Shown: positions 62,191 through 64,000 of the stretch, in pieces
How the letters are laid out: each line of letters opens with the position of its first letter
Numbering within the stretch: the first letter of the stretch is position 1
Source: Alphaproteobacteria bacterium
GTDB taxonomy: Bacteria > Pseudomonadota > Alphaproteobacteria > MPNO01
Reading direction: 5' to 3'
DNA length: 64,000 nt
Assembly (NCBI GenBank): GCA_965248835.1
Contig: CBDFLJ010000002.1
Span: 64,001 to 128,000 of the forward strand
Translations under genes and position numbers: made by a program
The notes under the pieces: generated by a model
What the model was told of the DNA's origin: nothing
Seen by the model: the letters and a program-made list of their open reading frames with translations, nothing else
Databases searched by the model: none

Positions 62191-63722
<1,532 letters not shown>

Positions 63723-63726
<4 letters not shown>

Positions 63727-64000
63727 GCGGCCCCTTTCAAGGCTGTCTGCAGCTTCTGCAGCTTCGTTCTGAGGGAGGAATCGACCATGCGCGAGCCGAC
63801 CTTGACGATCAGCCCGCCGAGGATCTCGGGCTCGACGCGCGCCTCGACGGTGACGTTGGCGCCGACCGATCGGCGCAGCGCGTCCTCGAGCGCGTCGTGC
63901 TGGGCCGCCCCGAGCGGCTGAGCCGAGACGACGTCCGCAGTCATCTCGCCGCGGCGCGCGGCGAGCAGGGCCGCGAAGACCCTGATCATGTCGCCCAGCG
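63723..64000 (-). CDS. atpH: ATP synthase F1 delta (5' end outside window)
   Basis: [22 protein letters not shown]. Confidence 0.95.

Overview
GC-rich alphaproteobacterial (Rhodospirillales-like, by inference) chromosomal window with five blocks. (1) 1-17.2 kb: catabolic and C1/methionine genes, including two xanthine-oxidase-family Mo large subunits, a Rieske oxygenase alpha subunit, an amidohydrolase, metF, a Cro-like-HTH/SAM-methyltransferase fusion with palindromic operators, a core-MetE-like enzyme, a DUF917 protein and a gentisate-dioxygenase-like cupin. (2) 17.3-24.2 kb: a decayed island behind tRNA-Ala(CGC), with IS5 and IS256 elements, an IS-split toxin-antitoxin pair, a phage virion fragment and pseudogenes. 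(3) 24.2-28.6 kb: a CoA-ligase/NIPSNAP/domain-swapped TPP decarboxylase/cyclase module. (4) 28.6-43.7 kb: an apparently complete sphingolipid locus (Spt, ACP, acyl-ACP synthetase, bCerS, CerR, ceramide kinase and anionic head-group enzymes) with its own LptF/LptG pair, a hydroxylase/desaturase and a HAD phosphatase. (5) 44.5-50.4 kb: phage and IS debris behind tRNA-Ser(CGA), followed by core genes (rplU-rpmA-obgE-proB-proA-nadD-rsfS-rlmH-envC-ctpA-rppH, and atpHAGDC). The best candidates for something new are the putative SAM-sensing HTH-methyltransferase regulator with its operators, the variant sphingolipid head-group/export locus, and the beta-alpha permuted ComE-ComD fusion. All family calls come from motif recognition by eye; no database search was run.
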